Assembly (NCBI GenBank): GCA_030867685.1
Contig: JAQOWU010000007.1
Coordinates: forward strand, 1,364,001 to 1,428,000
DNA from: Wickerhamiella versatilis
Taxonomy: Eukaryota
DNA: 64,000 nucleotides
Direction: 5' to 3'
Shown: in pieces, positions 8,823 through 19,541 of the stretch
Layout of the letters: each line of letters starts with the position of its first letter
Numbering within the stretch: the first letter of the stretch is position 1
The notes under the pieces: generated by a model
Database searches by the model: none
What the model saw: the letters and a program-made list of their open reading frames with translations, nothing else
Told to the model about the DNA's origin: nothing
Program-made: the position numbers and the translations under genes

Positions 8823-9431
8823 TTGTTGCTATCAAACCGTTTATAACGGAAACAAGGGATTTTGATGTTTCAATATATTTGATTGGTGCTCATTAGTATT
8901 TCGGTAGAGCTATAGCTATAGTTTCAATTCATAATTTGCTTTCTACTTTGCTGGGGAGGCCGGGGGGATTTGCGTGTTCTTAGCGATATCAGTCACTTTT
9001 CGGGGTGCTCCGTTGCCGATCTCTTGATGTCTCATCAGATCTCTGTTTATTAAAGTGCAGGTACCCTTATATGCGCGACGATAGATATTTTCAACCTCCT
9101 CAGTCCTTAAAACTTAAAGCTGAGACCATTCTGAGATACGCCTAAACGCGCCAAGCTTATTAGGGCTAACAACCTCTTAAGGAAGTGCAAAGCTATGATG
9201 AGTAAGCCGTGCAACGAAAGTTAGCGTAGATCCTCAGCCCCACAGCAGCCAGTATAAGATCGGGAAGTCTTACTGGGAACAACTACAAAAGAGTTGTTCA
9301 AAGTGATTGACATCACCGTTTCACCGTTTGTCGACAACAGTCCTTCGGTGCCGACCCTAAGTCGTCGCAGAAAATCCTCTGAGCGAGCTGAGCAAGCCAG
9401 GCAAGCCAAGCAAGCCAGCGGCCAAAAGCTC

Positions 9432-11210
9432 ATGTTGAGGCGCACCAGCTCCAGCGCTCCTCATTTTGATGTTAAACTTCAGAATAATGCAGGTCGGGAT
9501 CAACGTATTATTCTTGTCAAAGGATCATCAGTTGACGCGAGCTACGTAACATTTAATGGCGAAATACTGCTGTCAGCCACAGACAACATGAGTATCAAGA
9601 AAATAAAGCTCATGCTTGTTGGTGAATTGAAACTACGATGGTCTGATGACGTATCCAAGACCAAGGCCTCTGGTCACCAGCCATCTGTAAAGTTTGAGAA
9701 AAAAGTATGGAAGCAGGAACTTTCTAACTTCGAACTGCCCGAAAAACTGTCGCGCTCTAATCCAGGATCACGCTTGGCCTCTCCTGCTGGCTCATTGACC
9801 AACCTGTCATCTTATTTTCAGTCAGGTTCCCACAACCAGTCCCAACGACTTCTGAGTCCAAATGCAGCAAGGACAAATTTGACGCGGTCAAGTAACTCTC
9901 TAACCAGCCTTACTTCGCACTTCTCACCACTCCATAATAACCACCGTCAAAAAAGTCGGAGTGATCTTCCTAGCATTTCCCACGGTAATTCCCGCGCAGC
10001 GTCGCCTGAACCAGATGGTAGGGTTTCTGATGCCCAGGGAGAGGAGCGGTCGCGTTCCCCTGGTGGCAGTGCCTCCCCAATTGGACGTAGCAGAAGCCCC
10101 AGCGTTCAGCCACGGCTTGAAAATGGAAACTATACTTTTCCCTTTGAGATGGTCATTCCTGGAGATATTCCCGAGTCGATTGAGGGTAACCCGTATGTAT
10201 CTTTGACATATTTCGTTCACGCTACAGCTGAAAGAGGAGGTCTTCGTGGAAACGTGTCCGCGAAAAAGCATGTAAGGGTGATTCGCACAATTGGCGCAGA
10301 TACTTACGATTTTGCACATACTGTGTCTATTGAGAACCAGTGGCCCGGAAAAGTTGATTACAAGATTTTTATTCCATCAAAGGCTGTTCCTATGGGATCA
10401 AAGTTGGATGTACAGTTCAACCTTATTCCACTTAACAAGGGACTAAGACTGGGGAAAATCCGGACTGAGATCGTGGAGTATGTAACATTGCATGGACCAG
10501 CCTCTTTGTTTCAGCATCAGGAAGAGCGTGTAGTCATGAAACAGGTTTTCTTCCCACCATCAAAATACACCAACGATGCTTCAATGGATCAGTGGGAATT
10601 TTCTCAGGGAGTGGATGTACCTGCGTCACTTTCTCGGCTAACACAAGATGTCATAATGGAACCGCATGTTAGGATTTCACACAAGCTCAAGATGAGCTTG
10701 GCGTTGATTAATCGCGACGGGCATACATCTGAGCTTCGCGCGAGCTTGCCTATTCATGTATTTATCAGTCCAAGAGTGCCGGTAAATGCAATTGAACCTG
10801 AAATGCACAATAATTCTGAGCAGTCTATTTTTGATGCACCAAGTTTCAGCCCTGATACGACAGAAGCGCCCCCACTTTATTCGGAGCGGCTGTATGATCG
10901 ACTCTATTCAGAAGTCGCTACGCCAGTTGAAAGTCCAGGTTCACCTGTTTTTTCGGTCCCTGGGACCCCAAATCAAGGTTCCCACAGTCTTGATGATCTC
11001 GACCCCCATCAGCGTGCTCAATTGAACGCAGGTCTACGGGCACTGGCACTATCTCAATCAAGTGCCCACCGGCATGAGTCCCAGAGAAGACCAAATTTTT
11101 CACGCAATGCGTCAGGAATAGATGTCCAGATACTTTCTCGGGTTCCATCTTACGAGCATGCTCTACATGATAAAGCCACGACAGATACTCCACCAACCTA
11201 TGAGGACTAA
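9432..11210 (+). CDS. Alpha-arrestin Rsp5 adaptor (Rod1/Rog3/CreD-like)
   Basis: GNYTFPFE..IPG..PES.EG, KHVRVIRT, N.WPGKVDY, DGHTSELRASLP; PY motifs PPLY, VPSY, PPTY; first in-frame ATG 9432 (track starts at TTG). Confidence 0.92.
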   Translation: MLRRTSSSAPHFDVKLQNNAGRDQRIILVKGSSVDASYVTFNGEILLSATDNMSIKKIKLMLVGELKLRWSDDVSKTKASGHQPSVKFEKKVWKQELSNFELPEKLSRSNPGSRLASPAGSLTNLSSYFQSGSHNQSQRLLSPNAARTNLTRSSNSLTSLTSHFSPLHNNHRQKSRSDLPSISHGNSRAASPEPDGRVSDAQGEERSRSPGGSASPIGRSRSPSVQPRLENGNYTFPFEMVIPGDIPESIEGNPYVSLTYFVHATAERGGLRGNVSAKKHVRVIRTIGADTYDFAHTVSIENQWPGKVDYKIFIPSKAVPMGSKLDVQFNLIPLNKGLRLGKIRTEIVEYVTLHGPASLFQHQEERVVMKQVFFPPSKYTNDASMDQWEFSQGVDVPASLSRLTQDVIMEPHVRISHKLKMSLALINRDGHTSELRASLPIHVFISPRVPVNAIEPEMHNNSEQSIFDAPSFSPDTTEAPPLYSERLYDRLYSEVATPVESPGSPVFSVPGTPNQGSHSLDDLDPHQRAQLNAGLRALALSQSSAHRHESQRRPNFSRNASGIDVQILSRVPSYEHALHDKATTDTPPTYED

Positions 11211-11278
11211 TCGTAATTTTTTTCTTCCTCTCACTTTCTAGAGACGTTTTTTGGCATATACAATTAACTTACATAAAA

Positions 11279-12217
11279 TCAATAAAAAGCTAAATCAGGC
11301 TGGGGCGAAGGCCGAGCCCACCAAACGAATAGCATGAACAGTAGCATGTAGACTAAGATATTGGCTGACGATAATAGATGCCCCACCAGTCTGAGTATCC
11401 AGAGTACACTCTTAATGCCTTCTACGGCGTTATGTAGTGCTGTAGTGTCTTCCCTAAGAGTATGAGACGTATTGAATACTGCAGATTCTAGTTCACTCAA
11501 CGACTCACGCTGCCTTGTACTTATAGAAACTGTATCTTGGGCTAGCAGTGTCAACTCCTGAGAAAGTGTCTGATGCCTTCGCTCAAGTTCCAGACTGGAA
11601 GAATGAGCTAGAACAAGACCCTCTGTGAAGTCTTGCAATTCTTTTGTCGCAAATATGACGAAAGTATTTAGCTCATGTAATGTTGCATTACTTGTTTCAT
11701 GGGTTAATGCTAATCCAGTTTGAAATTGTAGAAGCTCTGAGTTGAGGGACTGAAGATGCTCACAAATTTCACCCACTTGATTTTGGAGCTGTTCCACTTC
11801 TTTCCTATGATGCTCCTGCTCTGCTCTCATTTCTTTTGAGATTATATCATGATAAGTTGCGAAGAGAGATGATGCATTGCCATAAACCGCTAAAACTTGA
11901 CGCATGTTGAATTGAGGCTGTAACTCAGTACAGATTGTTGAAATATGGCGATAATTACCACTAAAAGTTGTCCACCAGGTAGATTTGGTCTCTAGCAGTG
12001 AAGTACATGTTTTCAACGAGAAAGGATCCTCACAAATTGGAGGATATGCCACTCCTGCCGCAGCGAATTCGCATAGACTGAGACGAATTCCCAATCTTGT
12101 TCTCTCAGTAATATCTTCAGGAACATCACAGGAGCTAATGATATGCTCCAATGCGTTATATACACATGAAGGATCAGGTACAAGTTCAGCAATTTTAAAC
12201 CGCAGGTCAAGAGACAT
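11279..12217 (-). CDS. KAR5: Karyogamy nuclear fusion protein Kar5/Tht1 family
   Basis: Cys-rich domain LSLCEF..AG...P..C.....C...L....WWTTFSGNY..I..IC, coiled coil, C-terminal TM. Confidence 0.85.
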   Translation of the reverse strand: MSLDLRFKIAELVPDPSCVYNALEHIISSCDVPEDITERTRLGIRLSLCEFAAAGVAYPPICEDPFSLKTCTSLLETKSTWWTTFSGNYRHISTICTELQPQFNMRQVLAVYGNASSLFATYHDIISKEMRAEQEHHRKEVEQLQNQVGEICEHLQSLNSELLQFQTGLALTHETSNATLHELNTFVIFATKELQDFTEGLVLAHSSSLELERRHQTLSQELTLLAQDTVSISTRQRESLSELESAVFNTSHTLREDTTALHNAVEGIKSVLWILRLVGHLLSSANILVYMLLFMLFVWWARPSPQPDLAFY

Positions 12218-12386
12218 TGGTGGGTCTGCTGAGTAATAAACATTTTATCTCACCTTGGGTGCCTGGTGATGAAATTTTGATTCGCAACAAACTATCTTAA
12301 ATTCATATCTGAGATCTTCTTGTGCCGTCCGCTCAATTGACCCATAAAGAGTATAGTTCCTCGAGTTTACATAATCATTTGATTTC

Positions 12387-14609
12387 ATGACCGATGTGCC
12401 TCACGAATATCTTGACCTAGTGAGGGATTATCGTCAGGAATCTAAGCGACAGAAGAGAACGAATAACCAAAATTTACCTAGCAGGCAATCCAGTCCCAAA
12501 AAGAGTCCGCAGATACCTCGTGTGGAGCGTCCCAAAGAAAGTCCCGCTCAATCTATTCCAAGAACAGTTGAATCCCAAGAGTCTAACAATGAGTCTGAAT
12601 CTGATTCTGAGGAAGAATGGGAAAATGTTGATATTGAAGAAGGATTGGATTCAACAGAGGAACCTGCGAATGATCTGACGGTTTCCTTTCAGGCTAAACC
12701 CAGCGGTCAGCGTCAGACACGTAATTTACCACCTCGCGAGCTTCGTATTGAGATGCATCTTATAGGAATTCTTTCCTGGGTATTTTGGGGTAGCCTTTCA
12801 TCACAACGATTAAGGGCATATCGGCAAAAGTTCAAAAATTGGCTTCCCTTGGCAATTGAACAAGAAATTCATCCTCCACCCCATCTCACAACATTTTTGC
12901 GTAGTAAGAAGTTGCGAGATGGTCTAAGGCATGCTGGTGCTGTTTGGATAAACCGGCAAGGAACCGATATACTCAACGAGCAATGTGAGATGAGATGGTG
13001 TGCAATGCTGAGGTCGCAAGGCCTTGATGCCCGCTTAATAGTCTCAATTCAACCGCCACTTCTAAACTCAGCCGGTACTACAGCGAAGCGGGCCGTAGGC
13101 CATCAGCCCCCTATCATCTGGGCGGAAGTTTGGGACCCATGGGCAAAGGTTTGGATTACCGCTGACCCTGTAACGTCTACCTTTGAGCACATTACCACCA
13201 AGTCTAATTTAGAGCCTGCACTATCAGATAAGGGCAATGTTATGAGATATGTTCTGGCTTTTGATAAGCACGGCTTCGTACGTGATGTGACTAGGCGCTA
13301 TTCTTCGCAGTACAACGCTCGGACTCGCAAAAAACGCATAGACCATGAAAGTATTCCTCTCCAAAATTGGTACAATAGACTACTTGGGCTTTTTTCGAAG
13401 AATACATTTGATGAACGTGATATCGCGGAACTTAGTGAACTGCAACGTAGAATATTGCGCGAGGGGATGCCTCGACGAGTTCAGGATTTTGTTGGTCATC
13501 CCGTATATGTATTAGAGGCTAACTTGCATAAAAATCAAGTGCTTCGGCCTGATGCACAGAGTTGTGGACGGGTTGCAATGAAGGCTGGGCCTTCAGTACC
13601 TGTGTATCGCCGAGAGGACGTTCTCACCTGTTTGAGCTCCATGCAATGGTTTCGCCGTGGTCGCCAGGTACGAGTGGGTGTGGCGCCTCGGATGCATAGA
13701 AGCCCTACACCTGATGAGGAAACCGTAGGCCTCTATTCTGAGGATCAGACCGAAATATATGTACCGCCGCCTGTTGAAGCAGATGGAACGGTCCCAAAAT
13801 CACAATATCGTACAGTCGACATATTTGCACCCACAATGATACCCCGTGGTGGTGTACATTTGAAATTACATCGCGCTCGAGATGCGGCCAAGCTGATTCG
13901 AGTGGACTACGCCAATGCTGTTACGAGATTGGACTGGTCGCGTCGTGGACCGAAATCTCATTATGATGGGATAGTCGTCGCACAACAGTATGAGCCGGCG
14001 GTAACGGCTGTTTGTGAAGGACTGGCATCACTAGAAGCAGAGGAAGCAGAAGCTCGAGAAGAAATGCGCTTATTATTGCTCTGGCGCAAATTCATCATCG
14101 GTATACAAATTTGGGAGCGAATTGAAAGAATGAATCCAGAGCCAGATGCAGATATTGCAGAGATTGACCGATGGAAAGAAGACTCATATGACGAGTCATC
14201 GCCCCCCAATGCAGTTCAAAATGATTTTAGTGATGAAGGGTGGGAACCGACAGGTTCAGAATCAGATGAGCAGGCCGGTGGTTTTTTCGAGGAAGATAAA
14301 CCTCCTTCAGAGAACTTTTGGGAGCCTCAACCATCGGAATCGGAATCTGAGGGCAGTGGCAACGCTGCAGAAGATCCTGGTGTAAAGGAGCAAGGTGTGA
14401 CATTGGATAAACATAAATCCCCTTCAAATGTGAGCTCGCCACATGAGGAGAAACCGCAGCAGGTAGCAGAATCAGTACCTTTATCAAGTTTCAGTCCCAA
14501 ATCTACCGGTAGTGGGGCATCTGTGATACAAACTAATAATACCGACAGTGATAGTGGTAGTGATTTCCCTGAAATTATTATGGATGAAATGTCCGAAAGC
14601 GAGCTTTAA
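12387..14609 (+). CDS. RAD4: Rad4/XPC nucleotide excision repair damage sensor
   Basis: WAEVW..WI..DP, DVTRRY, HPVYVLE..L, VYRR, W.R.GR, GLYS..QT, P.G.VH, IDYA.AV-like BHD motifs. Confidence 0.9.
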   Translation: MTDVPHEYLDLVRDYRQESKRQKRTNNQNLPSRQSSPKKSPQIPRVERPKESPAQSIPRTVESQESNNESESDSEEEWENVDIEEGLDSTEEPANDLTVSFQAKPSGQRQTRNLPPRELRIEMHLIGILSWVFWGSLSSQRLRAYRQKFKNWLPLAIEQEIHPPPHLTTFLRSKKLRDGLRHAGAVWINRQGTDILNEQCEMRWCAMLRSQGLDARLIVSIQPPLLNSAGTTAKRAVGHQPPIIWAEVWDPWAKVWITADPVTSTFEHITTKSNLEPALSDKGNVMRYVLAFDKHGFVRDVTRRYSSQYNARTRKKRIDHESIPLQNWYNRLLGLFSKNTFDERDIAELSELQRRILREGMPRRVQDFVGHPVYVLEANLHKNQVLRPDAQSCGRVAMKAGPSVPVYRREDVLTCLSSMQWFRRGRQVRVGVAPRMHRSPTPDEETVGLYSEDQTEIYVPPPVEADGTVPKSQYRTVDIFAPTMIPRGGVHLKLHRARDAAKLIRVDYANAVTRLDWSRRGPKSHYDGIVVAQQYEPAVTAVCEGLASLEAEEAEAREEMRLLLLWRKFIIGIQIWERIERMNPEPDADIAEIDRWKEDSYDESSPPNAVQNDFSDEGWEPTGSESDEQAGGFFEEDKPPSENFWEPQPSESESEGSGNAAEDPGVKEQGVTLDKHKSPSNVSSPHEEKPQQVAESVPLSSFSPKSTGSGASVIQTNNTDSDSGSDFPEIIMDEMSESEL

Positions 14610-14677
14610 TTATTTTTATCTTATATTTAGTCAATTATCTGGCCGATTCTGCAAGGGATTTGTCACATCATTTCGGG

Positions 14678-15619
14678 ATGCGCGTGATTTCTGAAGCTTG
14701 TGCCCAGGCCCTCTTAGACTCTTTGACGCCAGCACAGGCTTCTTCAATGCTTTATGGCTTAGAAAAAAGCCTAGTTGATTTCCACAATGTGCCTGAATCA
14801 GTTCAACAACCACTTCGTAGTTCCCTCACAAGGGATTCACCCAGTGTTACAACACTTGTTATGCCTGTTGCGGATAGAAGCGGAACTGCGACAAAAATTG
14901 TATCGTTGCCGAAAAATGGTGATATAAGTGCCGTAACCACAGTAATGGACCCTGAAGGCAAAATCGTTGGCATGGCAGGTGCAGCAGAACTCACAGCGTT
15001 TAGAACCGCCCTTTCAATAATGTGTGTCTATACAAAGTGGCAAAATGCTCAGCGTGTAGTCATTTTTGGGGCAGGTAAACAAGCAGTATGGCATATCAAA
15101 CTGTTGAGATTGTTGACAAAAGGTCCGGCCCCAGAAATAACGGTTGTGAACCGAAGCGTCGACAGATTAAACAAAATCTGCACTTCTCTAAATGTAAAAG
15201 GATTCACGGATGACAGCAATGCAATAGATGAATCACTCGAGAAGGCTGATGCTATATTTTGCTGTACGCCTTCCCTAAAGCCATTGTTTGGTCCTTTGCC
15301 CGACAACAAGCCTCGCTTTATTGGCCTAATCGGGTCATATAAACCAATAATGCACGAAATAAGCACAGAAACACTTCGCAACGGGCGTCTTTTCGTGGAC
15401 TCTGCAGAGGCTTGTCTTGAGGAGAGTGGTGAAATCATTGATGCGGGTATAAAGAAGCACGAAATGACCGAAATAGGATCATTTCTCACTTCTCCTGAAC
15501 GATTGACGGGTAATGTGGTTGTAAAGTGTGTCGGAATGGGTCTGATGGATCTATTTGCAAGTCGAGAGCTGATTAAACTCGCAAAAGAAACTGGAGTTGG
15601 ACAGGAAGTTGATATGTAG
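14678..15619 (+). CDS. Ornithine cyclodeaminase/mu-crystallin family protein (YGL159W-like)
   Basis: LTAFRTAL, GAGKQA.WH, CCTPS..PLF, IGSYKP.M.E, KCVGMGLMD; first ATG 14678. Confidence 0.88.
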   Translation: MRVISEACAQALLDSLTPAQASSMLYGLEKSLVDFHNVPESVQQPLRSSLTRDSPSVTTLVMPVADRSGTATKIVSLPKNGDISAVTTVMDPEGKIVGMAGAAELTAFRTALSIMCVYTKWQNAQRVVIFGAGKQAVWHIKLLRLLTKGPAPEITVVNRSVDRLNKICTSLNVKGFTDDSNAIDESLEKADAIFCCTPSLKPLFGPLPDNKPRFIGLIGSYKPIMHEISTETLRNGRLFVDSAEACLEESGEIIDAGIKKHEMTEIGSFLTSPERLTGNVVVKCVGMGLMDLFASRELIKLAKETGVGQEVDM

Positions 15620-15930
15620 GTAGATAAAATGAATAATACGATTTTATGAAGTTGATTTATTCCTGATATTTTTGACATACTTACGATTTGACCGATATTA
15701 AGTGCGAAATTAGTGTGTATGTGAGGAGTTTGTCTCACAAGTTACGGGCACTAAATTAAACCCGTAACTTTCTGCTGCAAATATTTAGATATTATGTCTT
15801 TGAAATCAGTACAAACCAGAGAAAAGGAAAAAAAATACAACAAGATCATTAATTTAAATATACTGACTTAACAAGATTCAGGCAGATACCGTTTTAAAGA
15901 ATGCACTTTTTACATATTGAAGTCAGACAA

Positions 15931-16776
15931 TTAGGTCTTTGAAAGCTTGCGTCTCTTCTTAAGATTCAACTCTTGGAGACGGCGTTCTTCTAATGCATCT
16001 TCCCTTCGTGCCTGACTAGCGCTACGACGCTCTTCTTCTAGTATATCAGTCCCCGTCGCAACCATGTCGTCATCACTGTCATTCCCATAATCAGCACGCT
16101 TTGGCGCAGTGTTAAAGATACCCCAAATCTCATCACTTAGTGTACGACCTTTCCAGTCTCCACTGTTATTCTCATCAGTGTCGTCGACCACAAAATCACT
16201 AAGCTCAGAATCTTCATCTCTATGTAACTGGCTGAGTTTCTGCCTGCGACGTTGGATGCGTTCCGCAAGCTCTGCACTGGGCTTTGCGGTGGGGGCTGGT
16301 GCGCTTCTTTTGTTGTTCCTGATCTGGGGAGTGGGCCCCGTTGCCGGCTGATTTCTACTAGGTTTTGTCTTCTCCGGACCAGATTGGCGGGATGACACTT
16401 GCGCCGCTGGTTGCAATTGTTTTGTCTTTTCTGTGCTCTTTCGGGAAAGCGGGGGTTTCGTACGTTGTTGTGACGCATCCATACGTTTTTTCTCAGTTGT
16501 CTTTACGTTCATTTCAAGCTTGGTACGATCCACTCCATCAGCCTTTTTCATCAAATCTTTAAAAGACATTTTTCCTTTCGCCCGATTAGCTGGAGGTGCG
16601 GCCTTGGGGGGTGGTCGTTCCTTCTTTTGTTTCCGAGAAGCCAAATGCGCACTGTCTCTTGCGGGCACATTCACCTTTTGTTCATATTTGGTGGGTTCAG
16701 ATGAATCCCCTTTTGATCCTTTTTCGGCTGGTTGGTGCTGACCAGCAGCCCTTTCCAGAAGCCCACGAAAGCTCAT
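15931..16776 (-). CDS. SPT2: Chromatin protein/histone chaperone Spt2
   Basis: SFKDLMKKA; DFVVDD; EIWGIFN..DDM.A...ILEEERRS..AR.ED..E. Confidence 0.88.
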   Translation of the reverse strand: MSFRGLLERAAGQHQPAEKGSKGDSSEPTKYEQKVNVPARDSAHLASRKQKKERPPPKAAPPANRAKGKMSFKDLMKKADGVDRTKLEMNVKTTEKKRMDASQQRTKPPLSRKSTEKTKQLQPAAQVSSRQSGPEKTKPSRNQPATGPTPQIRNNKRSAPAPTAKPSAELAERIQRRRQKLSQLHRDEDSELSDFVVDDTDENNSGDWKGRTLSDEIWGIFNTAPKRADYGNDSDDDMVATGTDILEEERRSASQARREDALEERRLQELNLKKRRKLSKT

Positions 16777-16816
16777 TGCATAGATAAATGACCACTAAGG
16801 CAATGATGACTCATAG

Positions 16817-18064
16817 CTATGCCTGACCACCACTGTTCATACAGTAAAAGTAGCTTATGGCCAAAGCTAAGCTTTTGCGGGTGATTTTACTTAGAATGGG
16901 ATCATCTGAGTTAATTATACCATTCTTAGAGATTGTAATATCGAACTTTCCTTGAGGTAATGCACATACAAGCCTAAATCCCGGTAAAAGACATACCCCA
17001 ACGGGAATAGTATTTGATCGTACCGCCTGATCTTTGAGCTCAATGGCATCGGCAATTGAGACATCTATTTCTCCAATGTTCTGTGATGGGCCCCGAAGCA
17101 AGGATTTTAAGAGGTCCATGGTGCTTCCAGCCTGTCTGACGTGTTCAAGGATGTCCGGAATTTTTTCAGGTGACTCAAGAGGTATCTGCGATACGGAAAC
17201 AAGGGAAAAGGGAAGAATATTGGCAATACGAATTGTGAACTCATCAGCCGTATTTCCGAACTTAGGGTGTCTTGGCATTGTCCACGTACTTAGATGTTCT
17301 CTTCCGTCGATATCTTCGTATAATTGACTAGAAGTCGCCCCAAGTTCTCGGGAAAGAACATCACTTATAACGGCTGGTGGATCAAATGTAAGAACAAGCT
17401 CAGCTCTTGAGTCGCTAGGTGGCTCGCCGCTCGGTGCCCAATCCTTGCCCCCCTCTCGCAGCCAATCTGGCTTATATCGCAGTGCATATTGAGGACGGGT
17501 ACCAGCAGAGATATCGATATATGCATATTTTTTATCAGACTCGGGACCTCGATACCATAGCCCTAGTCCCAAACTCTGGGGGTTTAATTCTGGACGTCCG
17601 AAAGAATCGCTTTGAGGGTTTTGTTCGCAATATTTAAAAATGGCAGCAGAAATGGCATCCAAAGCTTGAAAGCAGTTTATATCACGTGTGCTAAAACGAT
17701 CACAACCGGAAATGAATTCCATAATTTTCATAAACCGATCTAGTCGCGGTTCCCGTAAGGAATTCAATAAATGCTTACTAGGTTGATTTACAGCAGCCAT
17801 AAAACTTGTTGCATTTTCTCCAGAAGCCTGTGTAGACAAAGATATGCTTGCATCAACAACAATCCCTTTTTCGCTGTCAAAGTCCAGATCTATGACAACA
17901 ATAGAACCACTAAAACTCACACGCCGACCAGAAGACGTGGTCTCTTCAAACATCTCAAAGTGGTTCAAAGAGCCTATTCTTTTTATGTTGCTTTCAGTAG
18001 GACAGCCTGATATAGTGTGGAGGAACGCCGCGGTGCGTTCTAACTCCGCCGCATATGCCTCCAT
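16817..18064 (-). CDS. MED1: Mediator subunit Med1
   Basis: R.SFSGSIVVIDLDF, DRFS..INCFQAL, GRP..N...LGL.LWY pattern of fungal Med1. Confidence 0.7.
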   Translation of the reverse strand: MEAYAAELERTAAFLHTISGCPTESNIKRIGSLNHFEMFEETTSSGRRVSFSGSIVVIDLDFDSEKGIVVDASISLSTQASGENATSFMAAVNQPSKHLLNSLREPRLDRFMKIMEFISGCDRFSTRDINCFQALDAISAAIFKYCEQNPQSDSFGRPELNPQSLGLGLWYRGPESDKKYAYIDISAGTRPQYALRYKPDWLREGGKDWAPSGEPPSDSRAELVLTFDPPAVISDVLSRELGATSSQLYEDIDGREHLSTWTMPRHPKFGNTADEFTIRIANILPFSLVSVSQIPLESPEKIPDILEHVRQAGSTMDLLKSLLRGPSQNIGEIDVSIADAIELKDQAVRSNTIPVGVCLLPGFRLVCALPQGKFDITISKNGIINSDDPILSKITRKSLALAISYFYCMNSGGQA

Positions 18065-18414
18065 GCTTACTTAACACGGCACTTTGGCTGTAGTGACCTT
18101 CTACGTGTATAAATACACATGGCTAATTCAAGTGTATTTAAATATTCATTTTAGGGCCTGAAGGAATTAGATAAGTTTATTTGTTTAGTTAGATATTTAT
18201 GCAGCTATTTCTAGTCCGGCTCTGTTTCGACCCAACTATATCTTTTCAAATAAGAAGGAAAAATTTACCCAGAAAAGTTTTCCTCACTCCATTCCAACTG
18301 TGATTCACAAAAATTTGGGGTCTAACACTGAAAAACGTTCACTTATCCTCTAAACACATCGAATAAATCTCGCCAATTATAATGACACTATTTCGCTTAC
18401 TTTAGTCTCCCAGA

Positions 18415-19134
18415 ATGGCAGACATCCATGACGTCCCCCCCGAGCCAGAGGCTGGGCCATCAAAACCCTCTTCTGTCCCAAGCTTACATTCTTCCATTAG
18501 AAAAGGTCTGAGAGCTGCTCAAAAGTACTCAGCATATGTGTTTCTTGGATTTGCTGCTACTCACCTTACATCAACGGTTTTATTACCACCTCTAAGTCAT
18601 TCATTAGCTGAACAATGGTTCTGGATGTCACGCGCAGTGTACCAGACACCAGAAATCGAGTATTCACTAGTGTATGGCAGTATAGCTGTTCATATATTGT
18701 CTGGGCTTGTGCTTCATGCGGAACGGCTTGTAAAGTCTGTTCAAGAGAGCAGAGCATTCAGTACTTTTACGGCAGGCTCAATTAGTGGCTATATTCTTAC
18801 AGCCTCTATTATAGGACATTTGGCAGCAACCAGGTGGGGTCCACAGATTTATCTTGGTGACTCCAATGACATTTCATTGGATTACATCACTTATACTCTA
18901 CAAAGTACTCCGGTAGCAACATCATTGGCCCTGGTTTTTACGGTTGGCAGTTTTGCCTATCATGCCTCTTTCGGCATGCAACGGTGGTTGAAGCTTAGAA
19001 TTAACCGAAGCATTCTCGTAGGCGCCGCAGTAGCTGCAGCTGCAGTGTCTTTATTTGCTTTAGCTAAAGAGCCTTCAGTCCCGCAATTCTTAGCGGAGCA
19101 GTTCGAAAAAGCTCATCAGCTAGTTGATTTTTGA
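18415..19134 (+). CDS. MCP1: Mitochondrial outer membrane protein Mcp1 (DUF1691)
   Basis: QKYSAY.F.GF..TH, R..YQ.P..E..LV, HILSG, multiple TMs with His residues. Confidence 0.82.
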   Translation: MADIHDVPPEPEAGPSKPSSVPSLHSSIRKGLRAAQKYSAYVFLGFAATHLTSTVLLPPLSHSLAEQWFWMSRAVYQTPEIEYSLVYGSIAVHILSGLVLHAERLVKSVQESRAFSTFTAGSISGYILTASIIGHLAATRWGPQIYLGDSNDISLDYITYTLQSTPVATSLALVFTVGSFAYHASFGMQRWLKLRINRSILVGAAVAAAAVSLFALAKEPSVPQFLAEQFEKAHQLVDF

Positions 19135-19172
19135 TTTATTTGTTCATGTAGAAGAAGACTTAATTTACCTCG

Positions 19173-19178
19173 ACGCGT
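19173..19178. promoter_or_regulatory. MCB (MluI) G1/S element upstream of RFA3
   Basis: ACGCGT about 20 bp before the ATG of a replication gene. Confidence 0.55.
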
Positions 19179-19197
19179 CTCTGACTAATAAATCATC

Positions 19198-19506
19198 ATG
19201 GACGCGAAACCACGGGTCCTTGCTGATGGCTTGTCGAAACGTATCGACCAGTACGTGACGATACTGGGTCCGGTGAAAAACGTGGGAGATGAGACTGCGA
19301 ATGTTGATGCATCAGGCGATATCTTAGTGCATCTCATACCAACAGTAAGTATCAAAGAGGGTGGGGTATATGAAATTATTGCCAAAGTTGTCTCCGACAA
19401 AGAGGTCAAGGCACTTTCAAGTGATCCCATGCCATCACCATTTCCTGCGCGCCTTGCCGAGCGCGTAGTCAGAGCCCGTGATGATAACCCCGATTTGTTC
19501 GACTAA
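19198..19506 (+). CDS. RFA3: Replication protein A small subunit (RPA14/Ssb3)
   Basis: PRV....L......VTILG.V and YEIIAKV OB-fold pattern, 102 aa, MCB upstream. Confidence 0.8.
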   Translation: MDAKPRVLADGLSKRIDQYVTILGPVKNVGDETANVDASGDILVHLIPTVSIKEGGVYEIIAKVVSDKEVKALSSDPMPSPFPARLAERVVRARDDNPDLFD

Positions 19507-19541
19507 ATTTATTATTGTACATTGACGTCTAAGTATTATTT

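Noticed and set aside
14678-15619. Possible bacterial horizontal transfer of the ornithine cyclodeaminase-like gene
   Set aside because: Motifs (CCTPS, IGSYKP.MHE) match the native fungal YGL159W-type subfamily; no compositional anomaly seen.
15049-15738. 229-aa antisense ORF over the OCD/mu-crystallin gene and the many other short shadow ORFs
   Set aside because: They overlap well-identified genes, often start at non-ATG codons and show no motifs.
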